This document shows positions 23,901-34,073 of a stretch of DNA of 64,000 bases, piece after piece. The stretch is from Saccostrea echinata (lineage: Eukaryota): contig NW_026889779.1 in NCBI RefSeq assembly GCF_033153115.1, forward strand, positions 35,960,001 through 36,024,000. The letters run 5' to 3'. How positions within the stretch are numbered: the stretch's first letter is position 1; each line of letters opens with the position of its first letter. Both the position numbers and the translations under genes were made by a program. Under the pieces are notes generated by a model. The model searched no databases. It worked only from the letters and a program-made list of their open reading frames with translations, and had not been told where the DNA came from.

Positions 23901-26100
23901 TTTAAACCTTAATTTCATGAATTTAACTTGAAAAATCTTTATTTGTTACATTAAATTTACATTGAAAACAAATCATAACCATGCGAATGTCTAGACATCG
24001 GTGACTTGGCCTTGTATTAGCCACAACCTGACCATTCCTACTCGTTTTGATAATTATCTAATACTTCCGTGACAAGTGTTCTGTCATGGAATGAAGTAGA
24101 TTTCAATTGTGATGTTTATTTATCACTGTTATCGTCATCATTCCTTTGATTTCGACGCCATTTTTTGATTGAACAGACTCTAATATATAAACCAGACCCG
24201 AACCGAAATCCGGAAAAATGGAACCAGAACCGAACTGAACAACTTGGACCGTGGTTCTCGGTTATTTCGGGTTCTCGTGTCAGCCCTATTCATCAGTAAT
24301 CCTTAGCCTTAAAAAATAAAAATGGAAACATTATGCAATGATGGATTAAAAAGAAGGGGGCAGGGGAATTGGAAGGTGCCTCAGTAAAATGACATTTAAA
24401 TTACCCTTTTTTTAAGAGATGTTTTCAGGTCTGAGTTGGACCATCTTCACTAACCAAGGGTGATGATCTTCTCCTCTTCACAGGGTGAAAAGAAGAGTGG
24501 ATCATCTCCCTTGGCTTGCAAAGATGGAGTTGGACAAACTTTTTTTAGTTGAAAAAGGAAGTAACTTTGAATATTTATATAGATAGAAATCATACAAAAC
24601 TAATTTGTTTCATGGTGCAACCGTTTGGGTGAGCACAGTTTTATTTACATATATAATACTGAATACCACCAAAAAAGTTTAATCATTACATAGCTTACAC
24701 TTCTAACTTTGATCCGCCTAGTCCAACCTCACAAGACTCAATCTAGACTATGATGATTTTAGTTGCACTTCCATTAAGGATCTAAACGGTGCAATTTTTT
24801 GAATAAAAGGCATCATTTATTTTTTAAAAAATATTCTGCAAGAATCAACTTTGATAACTGCAGTAGGGCTGGGACGATACACCCTTTTCTATATCGATAC
24901 GTATCACGATATTTGAGCCACGATACAATATGTATCAAGATATGTTGAATTGGTTATAAAATGTTTTTTTGTAGTGAAATGAACGAAACATTTCTTCACA
25001 AATAAGAATAATTTATTCAAAGAAGTTGTATATCTGTTGTAAAACAAAGTCATTTTACCCAAGTGGTATTAGTTATTATGTATTTCATATTTATATTTAG
25101 CATATCTATTTTATATATTTGACCCAAAATGTTAAGAAAAAGGAGAAAAACACAAGTCAGATTTTTTTTGCGATGTTTCAATATTTTTCATACGTATCGA
25201 TATGCGTATCATCCTCACATTGATTCGATATCTCAATATATCGTCCCAGCCCTAAACTGCAGTACTGCTATTCACCATTGTCACATGATATCATGGTAGA
25301 AAAAAAATTCTGGTGGGAAAGTTTCACATAAAAATTTGCTTGATGAATGTGCAGATTCATTCTGAATTTCTTCTTTTCTTATGTGTTAGTCTGTAAAGCT
25401 TCCTTTGTGAGCAGCACTTGCTAAAAATGTTTTAATAGTTTTGTATGAACACATTGCACTTACTTTTGATCACCAGAATTGCTTCTGTTCTCTGGTAATG
25501 AATGTTATTTACTGTATTTTAGGAGGTTATCGACCACCATCTGGTAGGGGTGGATCTGGTGGTGGCGGTGGTGGACGAAATCAAGGATGGGTGGACTACG
25601 ATTATGATTATGAAGCAGCGGGTATAGAGAGAAGAGGAAACAGTTACAAAGTTAGTGTCCATTCAGAAAAGCTTGTACATATAGAGCTACTGTAAACAAA
25701 ACTGGGACTGAAAGAGTAAAGTGTGGTATGGGCTTTATAAGGCCTTCCACTTCAGATGAAATTCAAAATAAGGAATGCTCATACACATAGTTTGAAATTG
25801 TAAATTATACATGTAATATAAAAAATAAAGAATCAAGTATGAAAATTGAGGGCCTACTACTGTAGGCTACTTCAAGTAACAGTTGCAACAACTACTCTAA
25901 GTATATACAGAGGTAATATAATATTTTTAAAATGTTTCAACATTTATCTTTAAAAAAAACGCAAAATTTTATTTCTGATTAATATTTTAAATATCAGATG
26001 TTGGATTAAGCTACAGTTACTTCCTACATTTACATGTAAGGAGGATTTTAATGTCTCCTTATATACTTCTGTATTTCAGAAAGCAGCAGCACAGTCATAG
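5988..26100 (+). CDS. LSM14: LSM14/RAP55/Trailer hitch homolog (P-body mRNA repression factor), ~485-516 aa
   Basis: Exons: 5988-6108, 12792-12967, 13074-13236, [13355-13447 cassette], 16212-16282, 16885-17098, 19083-19283, 20916-21072, 23070-23275, 25523-25650, 26080-26100 (TAG). LSm domain [30 protein letters not shown]...[35 protein letters not shown]; FDF motif [15 protein letters not shown]; FFD box [15 protein letters not shown]; TFG box [13 protein letters not shown]; RGG tracts. Confidence 0.97.
6708..7551. mobile_element. Non-autonomous DNA transposon with CAG..CTG ends and 6-bp TSD (hAT6-like)
   Basis: TIRs CAGTCTTCGCCAAATC / GATTTGTCGAAGACTG; GAGTAT on both flanks; hosts a nested element at 7099-7414. 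Confidence 0.7.
7099..7414 (+). mobile_element. Short non-autonomous Helentron/Helitron-type element (HINE-like)
   Basis: 5' hairpin TAGTCCCCT..AGGGGACTA, (TCTG/TCCG)n microsatellite, subterminal inverted repeat, 3' hairpin AGTATTGC..GCAATACT, ends in CTTGTT in a T-rich site. Confidence 0.7.
8735..9877. mobile_element. Non-autonomous DNA transposon with 5-bp TSD (hAT5-like)
   Basis: TIRs CAGGGTTTTTTTTAGG / CCTAAAAAAAACCCTG; TSD ACCTG; splits a satellite unit of the host element. Confidence 0.8.
9902..10198 (+). mobile_element. tRNA-derived SINE
   Basis: tRNA-like head with A box (GTGGTGCAGTGATTAG), long variable arm and B box (GGTTTGAATCCC); central ccgtgtcgcagtaggtgctggcacg core; (AAAC)n tail; TSD TTTTCCAAAC. 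Confidence 0.85.
10768..11206. mobile_element. Zator-like MITE
   Basis: ~35-bp TIRs GGCCAAAAAAAATAATAGTCTTGTTTCCTGCTACC; 3-bp TSD TCA. Confidence 0.75.
11269..12155. mobile_element. hAT-type MITE
   Basis: TAGTG..CACTA termini; exact 8-bp TSD GTCCACAT. Confidence 0.8.
11481..11911. mobile_element. Zator-like MITE nested in the hAT MITE
   Basis: TIRs GGCCTAAAAAAAATTGTTTGTT.CCTGTAAC; 3-bp TSD CTA. Confidence 0.75.
14270..16086 (+). mobile_element. Degenerate Helentron-type element with satellite-like internal units
   Basis: Begins TTTTTAGCTCACCTGAG and ends CTCAGATGAGCATTGTAGCCCATGAGCCTCTTGTT (subterminal inverted repeat plus 3' hairpin). Confidence 0.7.
14335..15104. mobile_element. hAT-type MITE nested in the Helentron-type element
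   Basis: TIRs TAGGGGTGCAGCGATA / TATCGTTGCACCCTTA; exact 8-bp TSD GGTGTATG; subterminal CGATA repeats. Confidence 0.85.
17112..18341 (+). mobile_element. Helentron-type element with 8 tandem units of ~146/~107 bp
   Basis: 5' ATGCCCCGCC hairpin, (TCCG)n microsatellite, tandem array, 3' GGCGGGGCAT inverted repeat, hairpin ATGTCC.ATGGACAT and CTAGTT end. Confidence 0.85.
19689..20651. mobile_element. Tc1/mariner (pogo/Tigger-like) MITE
   Basis: TIRs CAGTGGCGCCGCGTTTATCCGGACG / CGTCCGGATAAACGAGGCGCCACTG; TA TSD; subterminal TATCCGGACG repeats. Confidence 0.9.
21270..22862. mobile_element. pogo-like non-autonomous DNA transposon
   Basis: TIRs CCGTATTTGGCTGAATATAATACGCA / TGCGTATTATATTCGGCCAAATATGG; TA TSD; no transposase ORF. 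Confidence 0.85.
23382..23690 (+). mobile_element. Short degenerate Helentron-type element
   Basis: TTTTAGCTCACCTG start and AGCATTGTAGCCCATTAGTCTTTTGT end; same family as 14270-16086. Confidence 0.55.
23811..24288. mobile_element. hAT-type MITE
   Basis: TIRs TAGGGCTGTCACG / CGTGTCAGCCCTA; exact 8-bp TSD TTCATCAG; subterminal CGGTT/AACCG repeats. Confidence 0.88.
24442..24526. mobile_element. 85-bp palindromic mini-element with 9-bp TSD
   Basis: Imperfect hairpin CATCTTCACTAACCAAGGG..CCCTTGGCTTGCAAAGATG, flanked by GAGTTGGAC on both sides. Confidence 0.7.
24864..25254. mobile_element. hAT-type MITE
   Basis: TIRs TAGGGCTGGGACGATA / TATCGTCCCAGCCCTA; exact 8-bp TSD AACTGCAG; a second family member lies inverted at 36367-36751. 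Confidence 0.9.
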
Positions 26101-27916
26101 AGAAAATTGAAAATATGGGTAGAGTGTGAGAAGTAGGGGTCACAAGAAGGCAGCTGACAACAATTAGACATTGGATAAGGACAGACTTGTGGAAGATGGT
26201 GTTTTCATGTACTGTCAATTTTGTGAATTTCCAAAGAGAATCCCCTTTTGAAAACTTTGTGATATTTTTTTCTGGATTTTCTTTTTTTTTTCTTCAAAAT
26301 TTTGTAACTATTGTCACCTGAAGAAGCAATTTAGTAAGAGTGACAAACAGTTGCAATCTGTGGACTTAGTGCTAGCTAACCAAATGGCGCTATAAAATGT
26401 GTTAAGCTTCCAGAAAAGACTTGAATGGACAGTATGCAACAGTTGCACACACTGCTGTGTATACACATGGTTTGTGTGGTTAATGGAAATATTTGCATTG
26501 TTAGAAAACATGCTTGGGGCTTAAACATGTTTTTCTGTTCTGCACGAGGAGGGCTGGTACATGTATTGCTGGTGGTCTTGTTACCAAGTACTCTAAAATC
26601 TACTTTTCTAATCTTATTAAAATTTGATGTTCTTCATCCACTATGGCTTATCAAACATCTAACAACAACCCATTCAGGTTTATGTCAGAGTGTCCTTTTG
26701 AATAGCCAGTGAAATGGCCGCTACTGAAATCTTGGCTGGTAGTTCCAATATGTGTTTCTTTTGCACAGCTAAATCTAAAAGCCCAGAGAGTTTCGTAGTA
26801 AACAAAATTATGGCAAAGGTGATGGTGTGTATGAATGTTACATGGGGGATATCTTGTATAGTTTTTGCATTTTCGTTTAATAATTCAGGAAAGAGTGATG
26901 GATGGGCAGACTATACATTAAATTTATGCCACAATTAACTTGAATCAACATAAGACAGAACCATTTAAAAAAGGTGGAAACTGATTGGCCAGAATTTTGG
27001 TTTTTATTTGTAATAGAAAGATGCTCTCACGTGAGGCAGAATGGAATGTTGTTAGATGTTTGTGAAGTGGTAGCAGATTCAGAACATTTAATTTTAGTTA
27101 GATGGTCTATTTTTAGGATTAAGACAGAACAAAAATTCATGACCTTAATAAGCAGCAGCAAATTAATTATTTGCAAAATTTGGAAAAAGGATTAATGTTA
27201 CTGAATTTATGTTCACAATTTTGGAGTAAAAATTTTGTGTGAATTTGTAACATTGATAAATTCTACATGATTATCTATTGTACACATTTCAGTTCAAAGT
27301 TCAATGAAATTCAACACAGTATGAACAGATTTAAAATACCTGAACTATTTGTAAAATACTTTTCTTTTGTTAACTGTGAAGGCAAAATGTGTAGCAATAC
27401 CTTTGTTTCTTAATTGATATGATATTAGAAAAAGAAATAGTGCGATCAACATGATCAAAATTTTATCATTGTTGCAATAGTGCTTATCTGATCTACACAG
27501 CATTTGCTTGGGTTAATGGTTAAAAAAATCAGTGGTTGTACTGTAAAGTCTTTTGCTTTGTTATTTGCAATTTAAATAGGCAGGGACTATAAATCCGTAA
27601 TTTACCATTCTCTCTTAAGTAACGAGTAGTATTTTCCCCTCCTTATTTATCAATTGCTTTATATATTTATTGAATCAAACCGTGTCAATGAATTACATAC
27701 ATAGTATTTAAGTCTTTTCATGCTAGCTAAAACCACAATATGTTGAAGGATTAAACTTGTTTTTGCACCAATATCTGACTTAACCATGATGTAAGGACCT
27801 TGACAGTCCCTTTTTGATTCTCAAAACAATTCACTTATGACGGTGAAATCCATTCTTTATAATTAATGAATCTGCAGGATGTGATGAATTTGTTAGCCAT
27901 GGAAATGAGAATTCAA

Positions 27917-27922
27917 AATAAA
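27917..27922 (+). terminator. Probable LSM14 polyadenylation signal (3' UTR ~1.8 kb)
   Basis: AATAAA followed by a GT/T-rich tract (ttttatggtgttatgtg), at the end of a stretch after the stop codon in which no TE was recognised. Confidence 0.5.
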
Positions 27923-29230
27923 GAACAAATGCAATATTTTATGGTGTTATGTGCATTTTTATGGCATCCGAGGGGAGCTAGAAAGCCATACTAGGGATGA
28001 TATCTCAGATTGGAATTTATTGGAGGCCACTTACCGGTAGAAGTAGAAGATTGCACAGAATCACATACAGATATAATTGACGGAGAAATCACATATTTTC
28101 GAGAAAATAAAGACTCATATTTTATTAGTTAGTTGGGGAGAAGGGGGTTGATCGACGCCTTACTTTTTTCCGACGCCTGTACTTAAAATTGGTAATTTTC
28201 GAGTTGAAGAGTGCATCTCGACAATCATTTATGATAGGCCGGCATATATAGGCTTAAATGTCCCGCCTGTCGGTTTATGCAGAAAGTAACGAAAGAGCGC
28301 AGCAAGGGAGATAATCTCGAAACTTGCGTCTATTTTCTTTCACATAGCTGAGATTGTGGACTCGTGCAAATAGTACCAAATATAATCATCAAAACAATAG
28401 GTCTGCTGTTGTTTTGTGTATGACATAGTTGGTCCTATTTGAGTATCAACTAACTTATAATTTACTATTCTTACTTTGAATAAAAAATAGAATCAGACAC
28501 CAAATTAGCTACCTTTGAATTATTCCGCCAAATGCACTACTTTATGATGTCGTAATGGCGGCTTTTACACATTGACCAATGTCGTATGTTTTGAATTTTA
28601 TTAATACCACTTGGGTTAACGTAAGTACTGTTGTTAGGGACAGGTAGGAGGAGAAAAATAGTTAGACTTTTATTGGTGAGAACTTCACTAAGGTCATAAC
28701 ACAAGATTTTGCAGGCCTCTATGAATGTTTGCATGCTGTGGCAGTTTTTTGACAAAATTGATAGGCCTCATAGGCTCTAATATTTGTATTCAATGCAAAA
28801 ATATTAATGACAGAAACAGAACGAAATCAATTGACATAATAATCATTCAAATATTAAGACTGATTTAAAGCATTTTCTGATTGAAATATCTTATTCTTAA
28901 TTTCATGAATATGGAGTTGTAAACACGAAATGTGTGATTTTCTAGCCGCTGAGAATGAAAAACAATTTTGTTTTGAATATTTTTGGAACTCTTGTAAATT
29001 TTAAATAATACTTCAGGTTCTTTTCAAAAAGTTCATCTTACTAGATCTACAATATCCTTGTCAAAACAACACGAGACAATTTACCGGAAGAATATCGTTG
29101 TCATGGCGTCTTAGTAACGTCATTGTAAACAAAAGAAGATGAAAAAAAATTAACACGGATTTTTACATAAATACTATCAATGTCGTGTTAAGATGTACAA
29201 ATTTTTACTCCCCATGTTAATACAAAGTTT

Positions 29231-30382
29231 GGGAAGTTTCTAGTATGCCGGTCCCCAGAATCACGCGATTGCGCATGAGCAGTTATTTCCCTTGCCGTTG
29301 CTATGCAGAATGTAAACAAACCGCCATTTTCCCCTCGCTTCAACAAAACGCATTCGATCGAGTGATTAGGGTTAGGGTATATTGTTTTAAGATTGGAACT
29401 GTTTTATAAATCCACTCTTAAATCTTCCTGACTTTGGGCTAATTCATGTAATTTTTGCTTACAAAAGGCACTGCCAAGTGCCTTTTGTGACCAAAAACTT
29501 GCATGAATCAGCCTAATGTTGAACAGTGTCGATATACCATCTTATAGGAGTAAAGCATGAAACATGCAAAACTTAAACAGACCGTTAATTAAATATGGCA
29601 TTGTATGCGATCTACGAATTAGGGTTAGTGTATATATAGCTCGGATATTGTAACTGTTTTATATTCACCCATGCTCGCATCTATACCACTTTGGGCTTAT
29701 TCATGCAATTTTTGCTTACAAAGAACAGGAAAGTTTTGCGAAACTTGGATGAATTAGCCTTGGTCTAATGTTGAAACATGCCCGATATTGTGCGCTAAGT
29801 TTTGGCAAGTAATTGGTAAAAGCGACTTACCGTTTACTTAAGCTCGATATCCTAACCTCCTAATGTCCATATTCAGAATATTTTTTTCTTTCAAATCAAT
29901 GGTGATGTACAATTCAATCAACCAATTACTAGTAATTAGTTATCACTTGTTAAATCCCTGCATTTCTCACAAAAATCTCGCAATTTTAGTAGCATTTCAC
30001 TTTGAGTCCTATCAGCTACTTCTTCATCAGTCTTCATTACGTCAAAACACAAGTGACGCACGTCATGAATATTTATGAGATTACGTCAAAAACTGATCAT
30101 GTGACCACATTCCTAAACAACGCAAAATGGAGTTTTATCTACTAAACAAGTACGTTATTTTACGAAACCTTTTAATTCTCATTTAAAAAACTGTGTTTAA
30201 AAACCAGTTTTTTAAACCCAATTTTTCACAAGGAAAACGATTTTTGGCTCAATTTTGCGATTTGTGGCCTTTTTTATCGATTTTGTCGATCGCTCACGCG
30301 ATCGTATTATATTGTACACCGCCTTCGGCGGCACCTATTTTAGCGCCATTTTTATAGGGACCGGTATACTAGAAGTGTTCCC
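29231..30382. mobile_element. Non-autonomous DNA transposon specific to duplication copy A
   Basis: TIRs GGGAAGTTTCTAGTATGCCGGTCCC / GGGACCGGTATACTAGAAGTGTTCCC; TSD AAAGTTT; the empty site is visible in copy B at ~45247-45253. Confidence 0.9.
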
Positions 30383-30836
30383 AAAGTTTTTAGATTAGGA
30401 ATGATTTTCAAAAAGTGATCTTTTGCTTACTGAAATTTCAACATCAAATTCGACATATTCCGTGTTTTTCCCATGGAACAGATATATGGAATTTTTCAAA
30501 GCAATTATTAACGGAATGTTTAAAATGTTTGTAAAAAAGGATTCTCTTAGTTGTATTTGATAAATTTATGTCAAAAGTTAGGTAGAAATTTGTTAGGCTT
30601 ACACATGAAAAATTCTTAAACATAACGGGGAGATCTTTTGGGCGAATTCAGACATCGTTTTATGAAATTCTATAGGCAAGACATGATGTTTGAATAGTTT
30701 CCCTCTATATTCTTAGAGAAGATCTATAGATGGTTCCAACAAACGCATTCATACATGATGCTATAGTGAGGACTTAGCATAATTGATAAAACATTGTAGA
30801 TCATGAAGCACAAAACCGAACCCCATCTTGTTTTTT

Positions 30837-30986
30837 TGACGTGAGTACAACGTTTTGGCGCTCTTCGCTCATTGGACAACTCACTTCTTGGAAACCAATC
30901 AGCACGAGCAAAAAGCAGCCAATCAACGGCATGCATATTCCCTGGAAAGTATATAAGCACGAGATTTTCAGGACTTGGCATCATTT
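30837..30986 (+). promoter_or_regulatory. TATA/CCAAT promoter of the 184-aa gene, copy A
   Basis: TGACGTGA 30837-30844, TTTTGGCGC 30853-30861, ATTGG 30871, TTCTTGGAA 30885-30893, CCAAT 30895 and 30919, TATATAAG 30950-30957, Inr-like TCATTT 30981. All are retained in copy B. Confidence 0.75.
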
Positions 30987-31019
30987 GCATTCGGCGCATT
31001 GTCAAAGCAAGACGCAAAA

Positions 31020-32107
31020 ATGAGAACCTCTATGCTTATTCAATCTTCCACCATTCTTGGCACATTCCTGTCATCAACAGGACGTGCAATGCATATAGAC
31101 ATGTATGAGTAAGTAAATGAAAGTTTATTCGTTAATTTTATAAATTAATTAAGAAAATAACGTCAAATTATTTGTTGCATTGCAAAAAGAGCGTCCATAG
31201 CAACGCGTTTTGTGTTTTTTGCAGGTTGGGATGTGATGTGTGGCAGTTAAGTAAGGAGATGAGTGCCACCCTAGGGGTAGGTTATTGAATGTTTATTTGT
31301 TTTGTATACTGACAATAAGTCTCTCACATCTCTGGTACTTTCTAACTCTTCCTTTCCCTTCTCTTAGCATGAGCTGCTGTCGCTCGGTGAGAGAGTCAAC
31401 AGCTTTGCCACAACCACTTCTGCTGCTGCTCTGTCTTTCTTCTCGGCAACAGATCTGCTCTTCTTTCTGGCTTTTCTGCTCTTAGTTACTTCTGTTGTTG
31501 GTTCTGTTCAGTTTGTTCAACAGTTCAACACTGCAATGAAAGACCTGAAAAGCAAAATGGCAGGTCTAGCAGAAGGTTAATATTGTTATAAAATTTACTT
31601 CGTGTTTTATCTTGTATTTGGTGCTAATATCCTCACCACAAGTGGACGAATTGGTTAATTTGTTTACTGATATTTTCAGAGAATGTGCAGATGAGGCTGG
31701 TTTTGAATGCTTTGCTGAACGATGCAGACGAGACAGAGAAGGCATTAGGTTAGTATAACTTTCGCCAAATCTCAATGTGCAAATTGAATTTCCCGTTTCA
31801 TGAGCTTAAAAGTTATGGGTGGAAATTTATCTTAAATCAGTCTTCATTTTACTAAAGTTACTTATATTTCAATCTAGCAATGAAATTGAACGCCTTAGCC
31901 GAGGAGCAGAAAAACTTGGCCGGGTGGTTGAATTTTCACACAGAGATGTTCAGAATCAGGTACCATTAATTTACTCCGAAGTATTTTGATTTCATGTCTT
32001 AATGGGTATTAAAAAAATACAAAATTATTTATATTTTACGATTTGATTTCAGACTGGACTACTTAAGCCACGGCACACCCAAGGTTCAGAGCAAAAGAAA
32101 AAGATGA
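31020..32107 (+). CDS. Uncharacterised 184-aa single-pass membrane protein with C-terminal coiled coil, copy A
   Basis: Exons 31020-31108, 31225-31276, 31368-31575, 31680-31748, 31878-31959, 32053-32107 join in frame (555 nt) across five ~90-130-nt GT-AG introns. TATA box upstream and AATAAA at 32163. TM segment LLFFLAFLLLVTSVVGSVQFV at ~aa 77-97. Confidence 0.82.
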
Positions 32108-32406
32108 AGCTACTGACGTTGCATCAGCTTATTTTTTCCTTATGTAACAGTCAAATATGTTTAATAAATTATTGTTGCCTGAAACTTCATTTGAATGTTT
32201 CTTTATTCTGCTGAAGATGTGAAGTGAACTACAGATTACTGAACATGGAATTCATTACATATATACATAGTTAAATACAAAACGTACTGGTCCCATTTTT
32301 AGTAAAGGGAGCTGTCCCTATTTCAACGTATTCTAACAATGTGTTTTGTACACTAATGTTACGAACAGTAATGTTTCGATTAAATCATTGAATATAAATT
32401 TACAGG

Positions 32407-32650
32407 CAGGCCCGTAGCAACGGTTTCAAAATTGGGGGGGGGGGGCTTCCCAAAAAATCTGACCAAAAAAAAACCAACCTAATTTACTGTCCAAATCCTG
32501 GAATTTGCCAGTCCTCGACCTTACAACAAGTTGGGGGTGGGGGGGGGGGGGGGCAACATCTAAAGAAAAATTTACTATAGCAAAATTTACTATAGCAAAA
32601 TACTATACTCAGAAAAAAAGTGCCCCCTTCCCCCGCGTTCTACGGACCTG
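32407..32650. mobile_element. Poly-G/C MITE with CAGG..CCTG ends and 5-bp TSD
   Basis: CAGGCCCGTAG / CTACGGACCTG; TSD ACAGG. Confidence 0.75.
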
Positions 32651-32775
32651 ACAGGTGCTAGTATTTTTCATTTAATTTTCCACTGAACTTATGGTTACAC
32701 ATGATCAGCGATTTGAAATGAATGGTCGGTGCTTAGCTTCACTAGATAATATTGAATCAAAATTAAAACTCTTAA

Positions 32776-33629
32776 GGGCCGGTACACACGATAACGCTTG
32801 CCTTGTAAGTCATGGAACTTAAGTTCTTGCCTTACCGTGTGTACACCCTTAATACACGGTTTTTCGAGCCTTACAAGTCTGAATAGAGCACTGCTCTATT
32901 TCTTAAGGTCAGATGATACGTTCCTCGAATATCTGTTTTGCAAATCTTCGTAATGTATAAAAAATATTCAAAATTTTAACTACCATCTGATTTCTTAGCA
33001 GGTTTCTTATTGTCTTGAAATAATCGAAACACAAAAAGTGGGATATTGGCAAATAAATTTTTTCCCAAAAGGATTATATAGGTAACACTTTCCTCTGGTA
33101 TCTTGCACAAAAGCCTGGTAACTGGTAAGGTACCTTAATTTTTTGCGAGTAAACATGTTAAAGTAGCAATACTTCAATGACAAAATCTTGGAAAAAATTA
33201 TATATTAATGAGGAACGTATCGTCTGTCCTTAATACAAGACTTAGCTGAAATTTTCTTCTCAACCAATGAAAATCATTCGCCCAAATGTCATTCTATTTT
33301 TATCAAACCATACACGTGGGTATATTGAAGTGAACACAAAGTATTTTCGAATAAGCTAATGAAAATACCCACAAATGCTTCTGTTCAACCTCTTCCTCTT
33401 TTTTAAAGAAGTGTGAATGTACTTGTTGGTATAATTATTATGAAGTCTGATAATCTATTCTTCTATTTTAATGACCGAATGCACGATTTATGGCTGGAAA
33501 CACGTGGGATTTACGGAAATGTATATAATCTCGTAAATCTTGCCTTAACGTGTGAACACGAGAGCCGCACATCCTGCAAAACGTAAGGTTTTAGACTTAT
33601 AAGGCAAGTCTTACCGTGTGTACCGGCCC
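32776..33629. mobile_element. TTAA-targeting MITE (Kolobok-like) specific to copy A
   Basis: TIRs GGGCCGGTACACACG; flanks TTAA/TTAG; empty TTAA site in copy B at ~47950. Confidence 0.85.
32907..33229. mobile_element. Second TTAA-targeting MITE nested in 32776-33629
   Basis: TIRs GGTCAGATGATACGTTCCTC / GAGGAACGTATCGTCTGTCC; TTAA on both sides. Confidence 0.82.
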
Positions 33630-34041
33630 TTAGGAATACAAATATTCCTTCTGTTATTTACTTACGTAATATTAATGAAACAGAGGTCTAATCTGGTGAA
33701 AATCTATATTGAATTTGTAACAAATAGACAATACATGTATATACTGAAAGAAAAGAAACACAGTATAAACAATGTTTATGTTTAAAAAAAAATTAAAGAA
33801 TCCCTTAATTTTTTTGAAAGTATTAAACAGTTAAAAGACGTAGCACATAAAAGCACACAAGGATAAACATCTAACTTTCAATTTATGTGACCTTAAGGCA
33901 AAAGCGAAAAGGTCAACCTTTTTATTTTTTCTCCTGCAAATTTTTTTTTTACCATTTCTACCACCCTCTTCCAGGCGTGATCCAGGATTTTTTCTAGGGA
34001 GTTCGCCTCAAAAATTTCCAACCCAGAAATTTCTTGTCAAA

Positions 34042-34073
<32 letters not shown>

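Larger units (their letters stand above)
28331..33840 (+). repeat. Segmental duplication, copy A (homologous to 44288-48140)
   Basis: Colinear high-identity match from ctgagattgtggactcgtgcaaatagtacc to gaaagtattaaacagttaaaaga, apart from copy-specific TE insertions. End points are approximate. Confidence 0.92.

Noticed and set aside
31290-31545. Antisense terminal exon (ttttcag acceptor and AATAAA on the minus strand)
   Set aside because: All three frames stop early, and the plus-strand TM exon explains the composition.
30724-31775. ORF-track ORFs of 60-97 aa that recur in both duplicate copies
   Set aside because: They recur only because of the recent duplication. They overlap the promoter or are off-frame or antisense to the spliced gene.
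31680-32215. Alternative reading frame ECADEAGFECFAERCRRD.. through exons 4-6
   Set aside because: Reachable only by skipping exons 2-3, and it runs past the poly(A) signal in copy A. Probably open by chance.
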